Source: Peptococcia bacterium (lineage in GTDB: Bacteria > Bacillota > Peptococcia > DRI-13 > DTU073). From it: a stretch of DNA of 64,000 nucleotides. The DNA is taken from assembly GCA_050951605.1 (NCBI GenBank), contig JBMNJJ010000003.1, positions 4,510-68,509 on the forward strand, given 5' to 3'. Of this stretch, positions 28,493-38,032 are shown piece after piece. The notes under the pieces were generated by a model. That model saw only the letters and a program-made list of their open reading frames with translations, was not told where the DNA came from and did no database searches. Position 1 is the stretch's first letter. Every line of letters starts with the position of its first letter. The translations under genes were made by a program, and so were the position numbers.

Positions 28493-30316
28493 TCAATCCC
28501 CCGAATTAGCTATATAAAGAAGTGCCCCCAATGTATACAAGTGGCCGAAAGTCGGTCTCTCTTCCAGCTCAATAAAATGTTGTCCCTCTACTTCTGTCAA
28601 ATATTCTTTCTCTAGTAGAAATATCCTTGCCTCTTCCGGACTAACTGTATACCCTGTCAGAACTTGCACTGTCGCTTTAAGTAAATCACTACATGTCATC
28701 TCTTCCGAAAAATCGAACACCGACTCTCCCCCAGTTACCTGACTAAACACATAATTAGCATCCCAATAATTAATCATAGTATCCAGTTTATAAGCATTAT
28801 CATAACCGCCGGCTGCCAAACCTAATTCCCGCATTACCCTTAGCCTCGGGTAAGACCAATGACCCATCACGGCAGGTCTGGGTGGAGTGTACTCTACCAG
28901 GTACGCTCCTTGCTTTTTTAACTGTTCTTGAACCGCCTTAACTGCCACTTTATTCTTGCTCAACTCGCGAAAATTTAGCCCTGTTTTCAAAGAATAAGCC
29001 GCAGCGACTCCGGCCGCTTCTCCTGTAGCCATTCCTACAGGAATAACCCGTGCACTGCCATGAGCTAAAGAATCATAAGAAGCGCTTCTCCCTACAACCA
29101 GCAAGTTTTCCACCTGTAAAGGTACCAGACAACGGAAAGGAATACTATATATGGCAGGCTTTCCAATCACATTTCCCAGATTATCAGGCGCCGTTGGTTG
29201 AATATCGACAGGATAGCTACCATGAGCAATTCTATCCCAATGGTCTCGATTTTCCAAAACATCGGTAATCGTCAAACGATACTCCCCTTCAATATGACGC
29301 GTTTCCCGCACATACAAACGTTCTGCCGTATCCACAAATTTAACCCGAGCAAAACCGGGAAACTTTTTCCGCATAAAGGAAAGAATATGCGGAATCTCCG
29401 CTTTACCACGTTCCAGTGCTTCTTTTTTGGAAACAGGGTCAAGACTATCCACACCAAAAATAAGTAAAGCATTGACTAAAATCGTCCCATCCTTTTGCCG
29501 TGCCAAATTTGGTCCCCGAAAACGCATCTGTGAATCTTGCGGTTGATAGGCTAACGCCTGCTGACCATAACCCCAGGCTACCTTCCAATTAGCACCGGCA
29601 TAAGGGTCGCCCCACCCACTTTTGATTTTACTAAGTAGCCTCATCCAATTATTATATACAAAAACATAGGGCCAATTGACATCTTTTACGCGAAAAACCA
29701 AAGTAACCCCCATCAATTGCCCTTTTCGTCCATAATCCTCAGCACCTATCGTATAAGGCACCCCTGCTGCTGCCGCAACATCAGCATCAGTCGTCGCATC
29801 AATAAGTCGAGCCCCGAAATAATCTTTACTTTTCCCTTTTTCTTTTACCCTTACTCCCACCAAAGTATTTTCAGCTAGTAAAGGAGCAACAAAAGTAGTG
29901 CCTAGTTTTAAATCAATTTTTTCTTCCTTTTGCACAAGCTGTAAAAAATATTGTTTGGCTAAAGTTAAGTCAAAAGCATTACCCATTTCCTTATAAAACT
30001 CGGAGAAAATACCTCTCGTCAAGAGCTCCTTCTGCGGACCATAACTCATATCCAGGAAATTCAAACCACCCAAAGTCATTAGTCCGCCTAGAGCCTCGCC
30101 TTCTTCGATGAAAAGAGTATGTAACCCATTACGCGCTGCTGAAACTGCCGCCGCAATTCCCTCCGGTTCGCCTCCCACAACAATGAGGTCATAAACCTTG
30201 TTCCCCTGAGGAACTGCCTTTGTCCCTACAGGAAACAGGCTCATACTTAAAACAAAACATAAAACAAATGCGGTAATTTTTTTAATTATGGGCTTAGTTA
30301 GCTTATTTACCAACAA
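28493..30316 (-). CDS. Membrane-anchored/secreted FAD-dependent oxidoreductase, paralog B
   Basis: 607 aa. Signal/anchor, then LIVVGGEPEGIAAAVSAARNGLHTLFIEEGEALGG. Roughly two-thirds identical to paralog A by eye. Confidence 0.65.
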   Translation of the reverse strand: MLVNKLTKPIIKKITAFVLCFVLSMSLFPVGTKAVPQGNKVYDLIVVGGEPEGIAAAVSAARNGLHTLFIEEGEALGGLMTLGGLNFLDMSYGPQKELLTRGIFSEFYKEMGNAFDLTLAKQYFLQLVQKEEKIDLKLGTTFVAPLLAENTLVGVRVKEKGKSKDYFGARLIDATTDADVAAAAGVPYTIGAEDYGRKGQLMGVTLVFRVKDVNWPYVFVYNNWMRLLSKIKSGWGDPYAGANWKVAWGYGQQALAYQPQDSQMRFRGPNLARQKDGTILVNALLIFGVDSLDPVSKKEALERGKAEIPHILSFMRKKFPGFARVKFVDTAERLYVRETRHIEGEYRLTITDVLENRDHWDRIAHGSYPVDIQPTAPDNLGNVIGKPAIYSIPFRCLVPLQVENLLVVGRSASYDSLAHGSARVIPVGMATGEAAGVAAAYSLKTGLNFRELSKNKVAVKAVQEQLKKQGAYLVEYTPPRPAVMGHWSYPRLRVMRELGLAAGGYDNAYKLDTMINYWDANYVFSQVTGGESVFDFSEEMTCSDLLKATVQVLTGYTVSPEEARIFLLEKEYLTEVEGQHFIELEERPTFGHLYTLGALLYIANSGD

Positions 30317-30410
30317 CAGTCACCCCTAAATTTATTTTTCCTGAAAACATAATTCCTGTTAAGTATGTTCATTTTCTCAAAAAACGCATGAATTAACAAG
30401 CCTTTTCCTG

Positions 30411-30444
30411 AGAAAAAAACAAAGTCTCTTCATAAAAGAGACTT
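30411..30444 (-). terminator. Rho-independent terminator after capD
   Basis: Minus strand: AAGTCTCTT-TTATG-AAGAGACTT followed by TGTTTTTTT. Confidence 0.75.
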
Positions 30445-30461
30445 GCTACTTCACAACTCAT

Positions 30462-32360
30462 TTAAGATACATGTATTTTTCCCTCAACAAGGTCTTGATA
30501 TTTTTCCAAGTTTTTCAGAAGTTTGAAAATACTTTCTCGGTCACGATAATACTGATAGTCATGTGGATTTTGATAAAGCCGCTCCATCTCCTCATAATTA
30601 AAGTCCTGTTTTTGTGCAACAAAAATTCGTTTGTGTTTAGTCGCCGTAACTCCTTCCGCCTCTGTTAAAATTTCCTCACATAATTTTTCACCGGGGCGAA
30701 TTCCCGTAAATTCTATCTTAATATCCTCATCCGGCTCCAGACCGGAAAGACGAATCAAATCCCTTGCCAGATCTACTATTTTCACAGGTTCCCCCATATC
30801 TAAAATAAAGATTTCCCCACCATGGGCCATACCCCCTGCCTGCAGTACTAATTGTGCTGCTTCAGGGATCGTCATAAAAAACCTTCTCATCTCCGGATTA
30901 GTTACCGTAACCGGACCACCTTTTTTAATTTGTTCTTGAAAAATGGGTACCACACTACCCCTACTCCCTAAAACATTACCAAAACGAACTGCTACAAATT
31001 TAGTAGCACTGAACTCATTAAAATTCTGAATAACCATTTCCGCAATCCGTTTCGTCGCTCCCATCACACTAGTAGGATTAACTGCTTTATCTGTAGAAAT
31101 GAAAACAAAAATTTCTACACCTACTCTATCGGCAACTTCAGCCACATTTCTCGTTCCGATAACATTATTCTTAAAAGCTTCCCCGGGGTTTTCCTCCATT
31201 AAAGGGACATGCTTATGAGCTGCCGCATGGAAAACAGCCTGTGGTCTCACCTCTTGGAAAATTGCCTCCATCCTTGGAAAATCTTTAACATCAGCAATTA
31301 CCGTACTAATTATAGCCGAAGGGAACTTTTCTTTTAACTCCAATTCGATTTCAAAAAGCGGATTTTCATCATGACCTAAAAGCACTAACTCTACAGGATT
31401 AAAGCGACAAATTTGACGGCAAAGTTCAGAACCTATTGAACCACCTGCCCCCGTTACTAAAACCTTTTTTCCCTGAATGGAATTTTTAATTATTTTTGTA
31501 TCAAGATGTACCGTTTCTCGACCTAACAGGTCTTCTAATTTAACTTCCCGAATCAAATCAACCGTAATCTCACCATTAATAATGTCATACATACGTGGTA
31601 AAGTGCGCACCGGAATTTTTATCCGACGGCAGTCCTCCGCTATTTCCTTAATCACCTGTCCCGTAGCTGAAGGCATGGCAATTAAAACTTCTTCAATACC
31701 ATTTTCTTTAACTACCCGGATAAGGTCTTTTCTACTTCCGAGAACAGGTATACCGACAATCTTCGTCTGAAACTTCTGAGCATCATCATCTACAAAACCA
31801 ACGGGAAATTGGGTTGGATTCTCACGGCGCAAAAGCTCCTTCACAACGAGAACACCGGCATCTCCTGCTCCAACCACCAAAACTTTCCGCGCATCTTTAT
31901 AATTATGAAAATTAATTCCTCTTTCCTTATAAATCTTAGGAATAACCCTAACCCCGCCGGACAAAAAGACATCCAACATCCAGGTAAGAATAAAAATACT
32001 ACGCGGTACAGCAATACTTAAAAAATAACTTAAAGAAACCAAACCAAGAATAGTAATCAAAAGCGAACTAACTAAAGCAAGCAAATCCTCAGCTCGAGCA
32101 AACTGCCAGACCCTTTTATAAATTCCGGTAAAATAAAATACCCCTACTTTTCCTACTATGTACCATAACCATAAACTACTAAAGCCCACATATAGTAAAG
32201 CAGGAATATTCCCTTCAAATCTTAAATAATATGCGCCATAAAAGGCAATAACACCTATGAGCAAATCTAAAATTAAGAAGGCACGCCAACTTTTCTTTTT
32301 AAAAAGAGCATTATTTCTAAGTGCCAAGACCAACACCCCTATTTTTAAAACCTCTGCCAA
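30462..32360 (-). CDS. capD: Membrane-bound nucleotide-sugar 4,6-dehydratase/epimerase (CapD/PglF/WbpM family)
   Basis: 632 aa. Four N-terminal TM segments and two Rossmann regions (VLVVGAGDAG; VLVTGAGGSIGSEL). Confidence 0.9.
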   Translation of the reverse strand: MAEVLKIGVLVLALRNNALFKKKSWRAFLILDLLIGVIAFYGAYYLRFEGNIPALLYVGFSSLWLWYIVGKVGVFYFTGIYKRVWQFARAEDLLALVSSLLITILGLVSLSYFLSIAVPRSIFILTWMLDVFLSGGVRVIPKIYKERGINFHNYKDARKVLVVGAGDAGVLVVKELLRRENPTQFPVGFVDDDAQKFQTKIVGIPVLGSRKDLIRVVKENGIEEVLIAMPSATGQVIKEIAEDCRRIKIPVRTLPRMYDIINGEITVDLIREVKLEDLLGRETVHLDTKIIKNSIQGKKVLVTGAGGSIGSELCRQICRFNPVELVLLGHDENPLFEIELELKEKFPSAIISTVIADVKDFPRMEAIFQEVRPQAVFHAAAHKHVPLMEENPGEAFKNNVIGTRNVAEVADRVGVEIFVFISTDKAVNPTSVMGATKRIAEMVIQNFNEFSATKFVAVRFGNVLGSRGSVVPIFQEQIKKGGPVTVTNPEMRRFFMTIPEAAQLVLQAGGMAHGGEIFILDMGEPVKIVDLARDLIRLSGLEPDEDIKIEFTGIRPGEKLCEEILTEAEGVTATKHKRIFVAQKQDFNYEEMERLYQNPHDYQYYRDRESIFKLLKNLEKYQDLVEGKIHVS

Positions 32361-32363
32361 TTA

Positions 32364-33140
32364 TTATAACAGTTTTTTACCATAGATTACATCTTCCCGG
32401 GTATATTTTGCAATATATTCTTCATATTTTTTGATCACATAAGCAAGGTCATTTAAATTTAAATAACCTACCCTCCATCTACTGACCTCAAATTCAATTC
32501 CATGATATTGAAAATGGCTATCGGAGATCTCTTTAATAGGTTTATATCCTTCCATTAATAATTGCCCAAATCCCAGAAAAACCGCAGTTACATCAGTAAG
32601 AATTTCATTTTCCTCTTCCGGATAAAGCTCTAAATCATAATAAAACAAAAAATTATGTACACATTCATGAATTAAAATCGCTATAATTTGTAGAATGCTA
32701 TAGCTATTATCCTTATAGAGGTGTATTTGCCAATTTGCTTCCCCATAAACTTCATATAAACCTGATATATCACCTAATTTGGTATCTCTTACTATAACCT
32801 CAACCGAATTATATACCCCTGTATGAGCAACTATACTATCAGCTAGTTTTTGTAAAGTATCCGGCGAATATTTATCTCTTTTTAACTCCTGCATTATTTC
32901 CTCAGGTACTCTATAAACACCCGCCGAGAAAATCCTCTTTTTGCAAAACTGCTGTAGAATATATTCTATTTTTTCATCTAAGATTATATCCTTCTCTTTG
33001 GGAAAAACAGGGTCATCTCTTAACGCATCTGACTTTTTCCATAAGAAATCGACATATCTTATCATATACTTTCCTAATAATATTAACAACAATATTAGTA
33101 ATAATAAAAACATTGTATTATAGACTTTACCCATGAACAA
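32364..33140 (-). CDS. Membrane-anchored hypothetical protein with HExxH zinc-metallopeptidase-like motif
   Basis: 258 aa. N-terminal TM, AILIHECVHNF (HExxH), and a downstream EEENEILTD that could supply a third ligand. Confidence 0.45.
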   Translation of the reverse strand: MFMGKVYNTMFLLLLILLLILLGKYMIRYVDFLWKKSDALRDDPVFPKEKDIILDEKIEYILQQFCKKRIFSAGVYRVPEEIMQELKRDKYSPDTLQKLADSIVAHTGVYNSVEVIVRDTKLGDISGLYEVYGEANWQIHLYKDNSYSILQIIAILIHECVHNFLFYYDLELYPEEENEILTDVTAVFLGFGQLLMEGYKPIKEISDSHFQYHGIEFEVSRWRVGYLNLNDLAYVIKKYEEYIAKYTREDVIYGKKLL

Positions 33141-33165
33141 TCACCTTAATCACATCTACCACTTT

Positions 33166-33489
33166 TTACTTACTCATATTATTGTCTTGAATCTCTTCCT
33201 TTTTTTCTTCAAAATTCTCATCTAAACCCATCCCAATATCCTGCTCGTATTCCTTTTCATACTCCGTGCCAACTAAAAACAAGGACATTATTAGATGCTG
33301 CAACATTACCGGAGGTATTTCTAAATTAGAAACAACTTGTGCCGCCTCAATTTGCTCTGAATGGTCATCTTTAACTAAAAAACCAAATTCCAATAATATT
33401 TTATTCTCAGCATAACCCACTCTATATGTATCGCAATACTTCGGCTTTTTTAGCTCCTCAGGAACTCTTATTTTCAAAGCTTGTTCCAT
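33166..33489 (-). CDS. Small acidic hypothetical protein (possibly DUF3467-like)
   Basis: 107 aa with a GGAGG RBS. The YRVGYAENKILLEFGF pattern resembles DUF3467. Highly acidic tail. Confidence 0.45.
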   Translation of the reverse strand: MEQALKIRVPEELKKPKYCDTYRVGYAENKILLEFGFLVKDDHSEQIEAAQVVSNLEIPPVMLQHLIMSLFLVGTEYEKEYEQDIGMGLDENFEEKKEEIQDNNMSK

Positions 33490-33591
33490 TTTTCTACCTC
33501 CTTTTTTTCACCATTTTTCATGGTATTATATAAAAATATTCCACATAAATCTAACAATTCCTGCAAATCCAGTTCAATAAACTCAGGTTCT

Positions 33592-35115
33592 CTATGTTGT
33601 AAGCTTTTTCAGTTCCTGTTTCAGCAAAAGAAGGATCTCTTGTACTTCTTGAATTTTAAGGAAATAGATCAAGATAAAATAAATTCCAGCACCAATGACT
33701 ATCGCTGTAATTAACGATAAATTCGCACTCCATTGTGTTAATAAAGCACCATAAGACCATCTGGCAACAAGCCCCATCACCAAAGAAGCAAAAACGATCT
33801 TCAACAAAGATAGGGAAATATTCATCAAACCAAAGTGTCCTATCTTTTTTCTTAAACTAATAAATAAAAGAAAAGTGCAAAACAAAGCGGAAATACTTGT
33901 AGCTAAAGCCAAACCGCCTATCCCCAAAAATCGAGATAAAATAATATTCAAAATAATATTAAGTACCACTGCTATCGTCGCATTAATCATCGGGGTTTTC
34001 GTATCCCGGAGAGAATAAAAGGCTCGCGAAAGCACTTCTCTTAAGCCATAACCGACCATACCCAAAGCATAAAAAAACAGAGCGCCTGAAGTCAGCACAA
34101 TCGCTTTTTCATCAAAAACCCCTCTACCAAATAACAACCGTACAATAGGTTCAGCAAAAATCATCGCTCCAACTGTAGCCGGAATAATTAATACATTAAT
34201 CCCACTAATCGATTCGGATAAAACCTTTTTCAAGCCGCTAGTATTATTCTCTACAGCCATCTTCGAAATCAAAGGATACATCACCGTAGCTATTGATGTT
34301 ACAAATATACCATGCATAAACAAATTAAGCCTATTAGCATAGTTTAATGCAGAAATCCCACCTTCCACAATTAGCGAAGCAAGAGTACGATCCACCAAGA
34401 CATTAATCTGATTAACAGAAACACTAATAATAATCGGTAGTGATAAGTACAGCAGTTTCTTTAAATATTCATCGTTTTTATCTAAAGTCAAATGATAGCG
34501 ATACCCTTTTTGATAAACAAAAGGAATTACAAAAAGTAATTGAGAGGCTGTAGCCAGTACACTCCCAATCGCTAAAATCATCAAACTATTCCTTGAACTT
34601 AAAGCTATCGTGATAATAGTAATAAAATTAAGCGGAAAACCTATTAAAGCAGGAATAATATAATTATTCTTTATTTGTAAGTACCCACTAAAAATATAAA
34701 TAGCCCCAGAAAAATAAATGCCGAACAATGTAAGCCGCGTAAAAAAAACAGCCAGTTTTAAAGTTTCCCCGGTAAAGCCTACCGCAAATACTTTGACCAG
34801 AGGCACGGTAAATATTAAACCTAAAAGTATAACTAAAGTACACAAAACAAACACAAAATTAAGCAAATTGTTGGTAAACCGGTCCGCGCGAGGCACACCC
34901 TTTTCCTGCACAATACCACTATACAGCGGAATATAAGTCGTAGCTATCCCTGCCCCAATAAAAGCAAAAATCACACTAGGAATAGTGAGAGCAATTAAAT
35001 AAGCATCACTAATATTCGATGCTCCATAAAAGTACGATAAAGTTATTTCTCTAATAAAGCCCACAAATTTTGATACAATCGTGATGAGCATTAACGCTAT
35101 TGCGGTTTTTTTCAT
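33592..35115 (-). CDS. Second MurJ/MviN (MOP superfamily) flippase, probable polysaccharide repeat-unit exporter
   Basis: 507 aa, about 14 TM. VSKFVGFIREITLSYFYGASNISDAY parallels the MurJ N-terminus. It is embedded in the glycan locus. Confidence 0.75.
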   Translation of the reverse strand: MKKTAIALMLITIVSKFVGFIREITLSYFYGASNISDAYLIALTIPSVIFAFIGAGIATTYIPLYSGIVQEKGVPRADRFTNNLLNFVFVLCTLVILLGLIFTVPLVKVFAVGFTGETLKLAVFFTRLTLFGIYFSGAIYIFSGYLQIKNNYIIPALIGFPLNFITIITIALSSRNSLMILAIGSVLATASQLLFVIPFVYQKGYRYHLTLDKNDEYLKKLLYLSLPIIISVSVNQINVLVDRTLASLIVEGGISALNYANRLNLFMHGIFVTSIATVMYPLISKMAVENNTSGLKKVLSESISGINVLIIPATVGAMIFAEPIVRLLFGRGVFDEKAIVLTSGALFFYALGMVGYGLREVLSRAFYSLRDTKTPMINATIAVVLNIILNIILSRFLGIGGLALATSISALFCTFLLFISLRKKIGHFGLMNISLSLLKIVFASLVMGLVARWSYGALLTQWSANLSLITAIVIGAGIYFILIYFLKIQEVQEILLLLKQELKKLTT

Positions 35116-35120
35116 GAACT

Positions 35121-36011
35121 TTATTCCTCACATTTTCCTATTTTTTCTCTTTCCATAATCTCTTCCAAGTACGACAAAAAATCCTCCCGTAAATCTGCCC
35201 GCCGCAAAGCAAACTCTACCGTCGCTTCTAAAAAACCTTGTTTAGCTCCTACATCATATCTTCTACCCTCAAAATTATAAGCATACATCGTTTCTTGCTT
35301 CGCCAATTCCTTTAAAGCATCAGTTAATTGGATCTCACCACCCGCCCCTGGTCGCGTATGTTCCAAGAGAGTAAAAATCGTAGGATTAATAATATACCTC
35401 CCCAAAATCGCGACATTAGAAGGAGCCACTTCTCTCACCGGCTTTTCTACCAAATCTTTTACTTGATAAACCCGCTCCCCAATCTTTTTTCCCTCAATAA
35501 TCCCATATTTATTGACATCCTCAGGGGCCACTTCTTGTACTCCTAAAATAGTGGTCTGATACTGTTGATGTATTTCCAGCATTTGTTGCAAACAAGGTTT
35601 TTGAGCATAAACAATATCATCACCTAAAAGCACGGCAAAAGGTTCATTACTAATAAAGCTTTGCGCACAATAAATAGCATGTCCCAACCCCCGCGGTTCT
35701 TTTTGCCGAATATAATAAATATTAGCCATCTCGGAAATCTTTCTTACCTCGGCTAAAAGTTCAGCCTTACCCTTAGCTTCTAACTCCAACTCTAACTCAA
35801 CCGATTTATCGAAATGGTCCTCAATCGACTTTTTATTCCGACCTGTAATAATCAATATTTCTTCTATTCCCGAAGCTACGGCTTCCTCAATTATATACTG
35901 TAAAGTAGGTTTATCTACTATCGGTAACATTTCCTTGGGCTGAGCCTTCGTTGCCGGCAAGAATCGTGTCCCCAAGCCTGCCGCCGGAATAATTGCCTTA
36001 CGTATCTTCAT
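35121..36011 (-). CDS. galU: UTP-glucose-1-phosphate uridylyltransferase
   Basis: KAIIPAAGLGTRFLPATKAQPKEMLPIVDKP and VEKP motifs. Confidence 0.92.
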   Translation of the reverse strand: MKIRKAIIPAAGLGTRFLPATKAQPKEMLPIVDKPTLQYIIEEAVASGIEEILIITGRNKKSIEDHFDKSVELELELEAKGKAELLAEVRKISEMANIYYIRQKEPRGLGHAIYCAQSFISNEPFAVLLGDDIVYAQKPCLQQMLEIHQQYQTTILGVQEVAPEDVNKYGIIEGKKIGERVYQVKDLVEKPVREVAPSNVAILGRYIINPTIFTLLEHTRPGAGGEIQLTDALKELAKQETMYAYNFEGRRYDVGAKQGFLEATVEFALRRADLREDFLSYLEEIMEREKIGKCEE

Positions 36012-36045
36012 CTTTGATTACCCTCCACCGTTCTATTATCCTTTC

Positions 36046-37212
36046 TTAATCCCTCTGATACAAATCTCTCGTATAAACTTTATCCGCTACATCTTTTATT
36101 TCCTCAGACCATCTGTTAGCCACAATAATATCAGCTACCTTCTTAAACTCAGCTAAATCTCTCATCACCTTTAAACCCTGAAAATAATTTTCCTTTAATG
36201 CCGGTTCATACACCACTACTTCACTTCCCTTATCTTTAAGCCGTTTCATAACCCCCAAAATAGCAGCCTCCCTAAAATTATCAGAAGCTGTTTTCATCGT
36301 CAATCTATAAATGCCTACTATCTTAGGTTTTTCGGCTAAAATTTGCTCAGCAATATAATCTTTCCTTATTTGATTAGCTGCCACAATAGAACCTATAAGA
36401 TTATTAGGAATATCCGCATAATTAGCCAATAACTGTTTTGCATCTTTCGGCAAACAGTAGCCCCCATAACCAAAAGAAGGATTGTTATAATAATTCCCAA
36501 TACGTGGGTCAAGCCCTATTCCTTCAATGATTTGCTTGGTGTCTAAACCCTTCATCTCGGCATAAGTATCAAGTTCATTAAAAAAGGTCACCCGCATAGC
36601 AAGATATGTATTAGCAAAAAGCTTTATCGCCTCAGCTTCCGTAGCATCAGTGAATAATATGGGGATATCTTTTTTAAGTGCACCTTGCACTAAAAGGTTG
36701 GCAAACACTTTAGCTCTTTCTGACTTCTCACCTACTACAATGCGCGAAGGATATAAATTATCATAAAGAGCTTTTCCTTCTCGAGAAAATTCCGGCGAAA
36801 AAATAATATTCTCTGTTTTAAACTTTTGTTTAACTTTTTTTGTATAGCCAATCGGTACAGTAGATTTAATAATTATTATCGCCGCTGAATTAATAGATAA
36901 AACATCAGCAATCACTGTTTCAATAGCTGTGGTATTAAAACAATTCTTGCCCGAATCATAATCAGTCGGCGTGGCAATAATTACATAATCAGCATCTTGA
37001 TAAGCCAGATTATTATCTGTAGTCGCCTTTAAATTTAAATCCTTATGAACAAGATAATCGATAATCTCCGCATCATTGAGTGGTGATTGTTGCTGATTAA
37101 CCAAATCTACTTTTTTCGGCTGAATATCCAGAGCTATAACTTCATGCTCTTGAGCCAACAAAACGGCGTGAGACAATCCGACATAACCAATTCCGACGAT
37201 AGCAATTTTCAT
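36046..37212 (-). CDS. ugd: UDP-glucose 6-dehydrogenase
   Basis: [14 protein letters not shown] Rossmann start (ATG 37212 behind AGGTGAG) and catalytic GGYCLPKD. Confidence 0.9.
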   Translation of the reverse strand: MKIAIVGIGYVGLSHAVLLAQEHEVIALDIQPKKVDLVNQQQSPLNDAEIIDYLVHKDLNLKATTDNNLAYQDADYVIIATPTDYDSGKNCFNTTAIETVIADVLSINSAAIIIIKSTVPIGYTKKVKQKFKTENIIFSPEFSREGKALYDNLYPSRIVVGEKSERAKVFANLLVQGALKKDIPILFTDATEAEAIKLFANTYLAMRVTFFNELDTYAEMKGLDTKQIIEGIGLDPRIGNYYNNPSFGYGGYCLPKDAKQLLANYADIPNNLIGSIVAANQIRKDYIAEQILAEKPKIVGIYRLTMKTASDNFREAAILGVMKRLKDKGSEVVVYEPALKENYFQGLKVMRDLAEFKKVADIIVANRWSEEIKDVADKVYTRDLYQRD

Positions 37213-37317
37213 TCTCTCACCTTCCCTAAACGCCACAGCCCACGTAATTTCAAAGATAATGTTTCCGCGCTTTTTATCTGAATGCCCCGGAAGCGGGGAA
37301 TACTTTTGCCCCTTGCT

Positions 37318-37971
37318 TTAGCTGGGGGGAGTATTACATATTTCTTCCGTACCTCTGGCAAATTTCTCCTCACCCAATAAAACTACACCGATAGTACGAA
37401 TAATTATCTTCAAATCAAGTCCCAGACTAAAATTTTCTAGATAATACAGATCATATTTATGCCTTTCTTTTAAAGGCAAATAGATATTACCATTTACTTG
37501 GGCTAGACCTGTTAAACCCGGCTTTACTTGGAATCTTTTTAATTCTTCTGCATTATATCCTGAAAGGTTATGCCTATTTTCAGGTCTTGGCCCCACAAGA
37601 CTCATTTCTCCCTTAAGCACATTTAAAAGTTGAGGTAACTCATCAATTTTATAGCGACGTAAAAACCTGCCTACACGAGTTATACGTTCATCATCGAGCA
37701 TAACCTCTTGACCCTGAAGTGTTTTTTCGGCACTATGCCACATCGTTCTAAATTTATACACCCGAAAAAATTGCAGATTAAACCCGGGTCTTTCCTGAAG
37801 AAAAAATGCAGGGCCGGGAGAATCTAATTTAATGACGACGATAATTAATAACCACAGAGGAATAAAAAAAAGCAAAACTAAAAATGAGAAACTGAAATCA
37901 AATACTCTTTTTATACGCTTTTGAATATTTAAACTAGTTTTTTTCACTAAAACCACCCTCAAAATACTCAA
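37318..37971 (-). CDS. Undecaprenyl-phosphate sugar phosphotransferase (small bacterial sugar transferase, PglC/EpsL type)
   Basis: 217 aa. One TM, then PGPAFFLQERPG...YKFRTM...DELPQLLNVLKGEMSLVGPRP. Confidence 0.9.
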   Translation of the reverse strand: MSILRVVLVKKTSLNIQKRIKRVFDFSFSFLVLLFFIPLWLLIIVVIKLDSPGPAFFLQERPGFNLQFFRVYKFRTMWHSAEKTLQGQEVMLDDERITRVGRFLRRYKIDELPQLLNVLKGEMSLVGPRPENRHNLSGYNAEELKRFQVKPGLTGLAQVNGNIYLPLKERHKYDLYYLENFSLGLDLKIIIRTIGVVLLGEEKFARGTEEICNTPPS

Positions 37972-38032
37972 ATTGATACTAATGAAGGAATTAAATGCTC
38001 ATTTTTAAGTTTAGTAACTATTTTTTTAAGTG

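Noticed and set aside
37284-37297. Short GC hairpin CCCCG-GAAG-CGGGG between the sugar transferase gene and ugd
   Set aside because: The stem is only 5 bp and there is no U-tract in the transcribed (minus) orientation. I do not call it a terminator.
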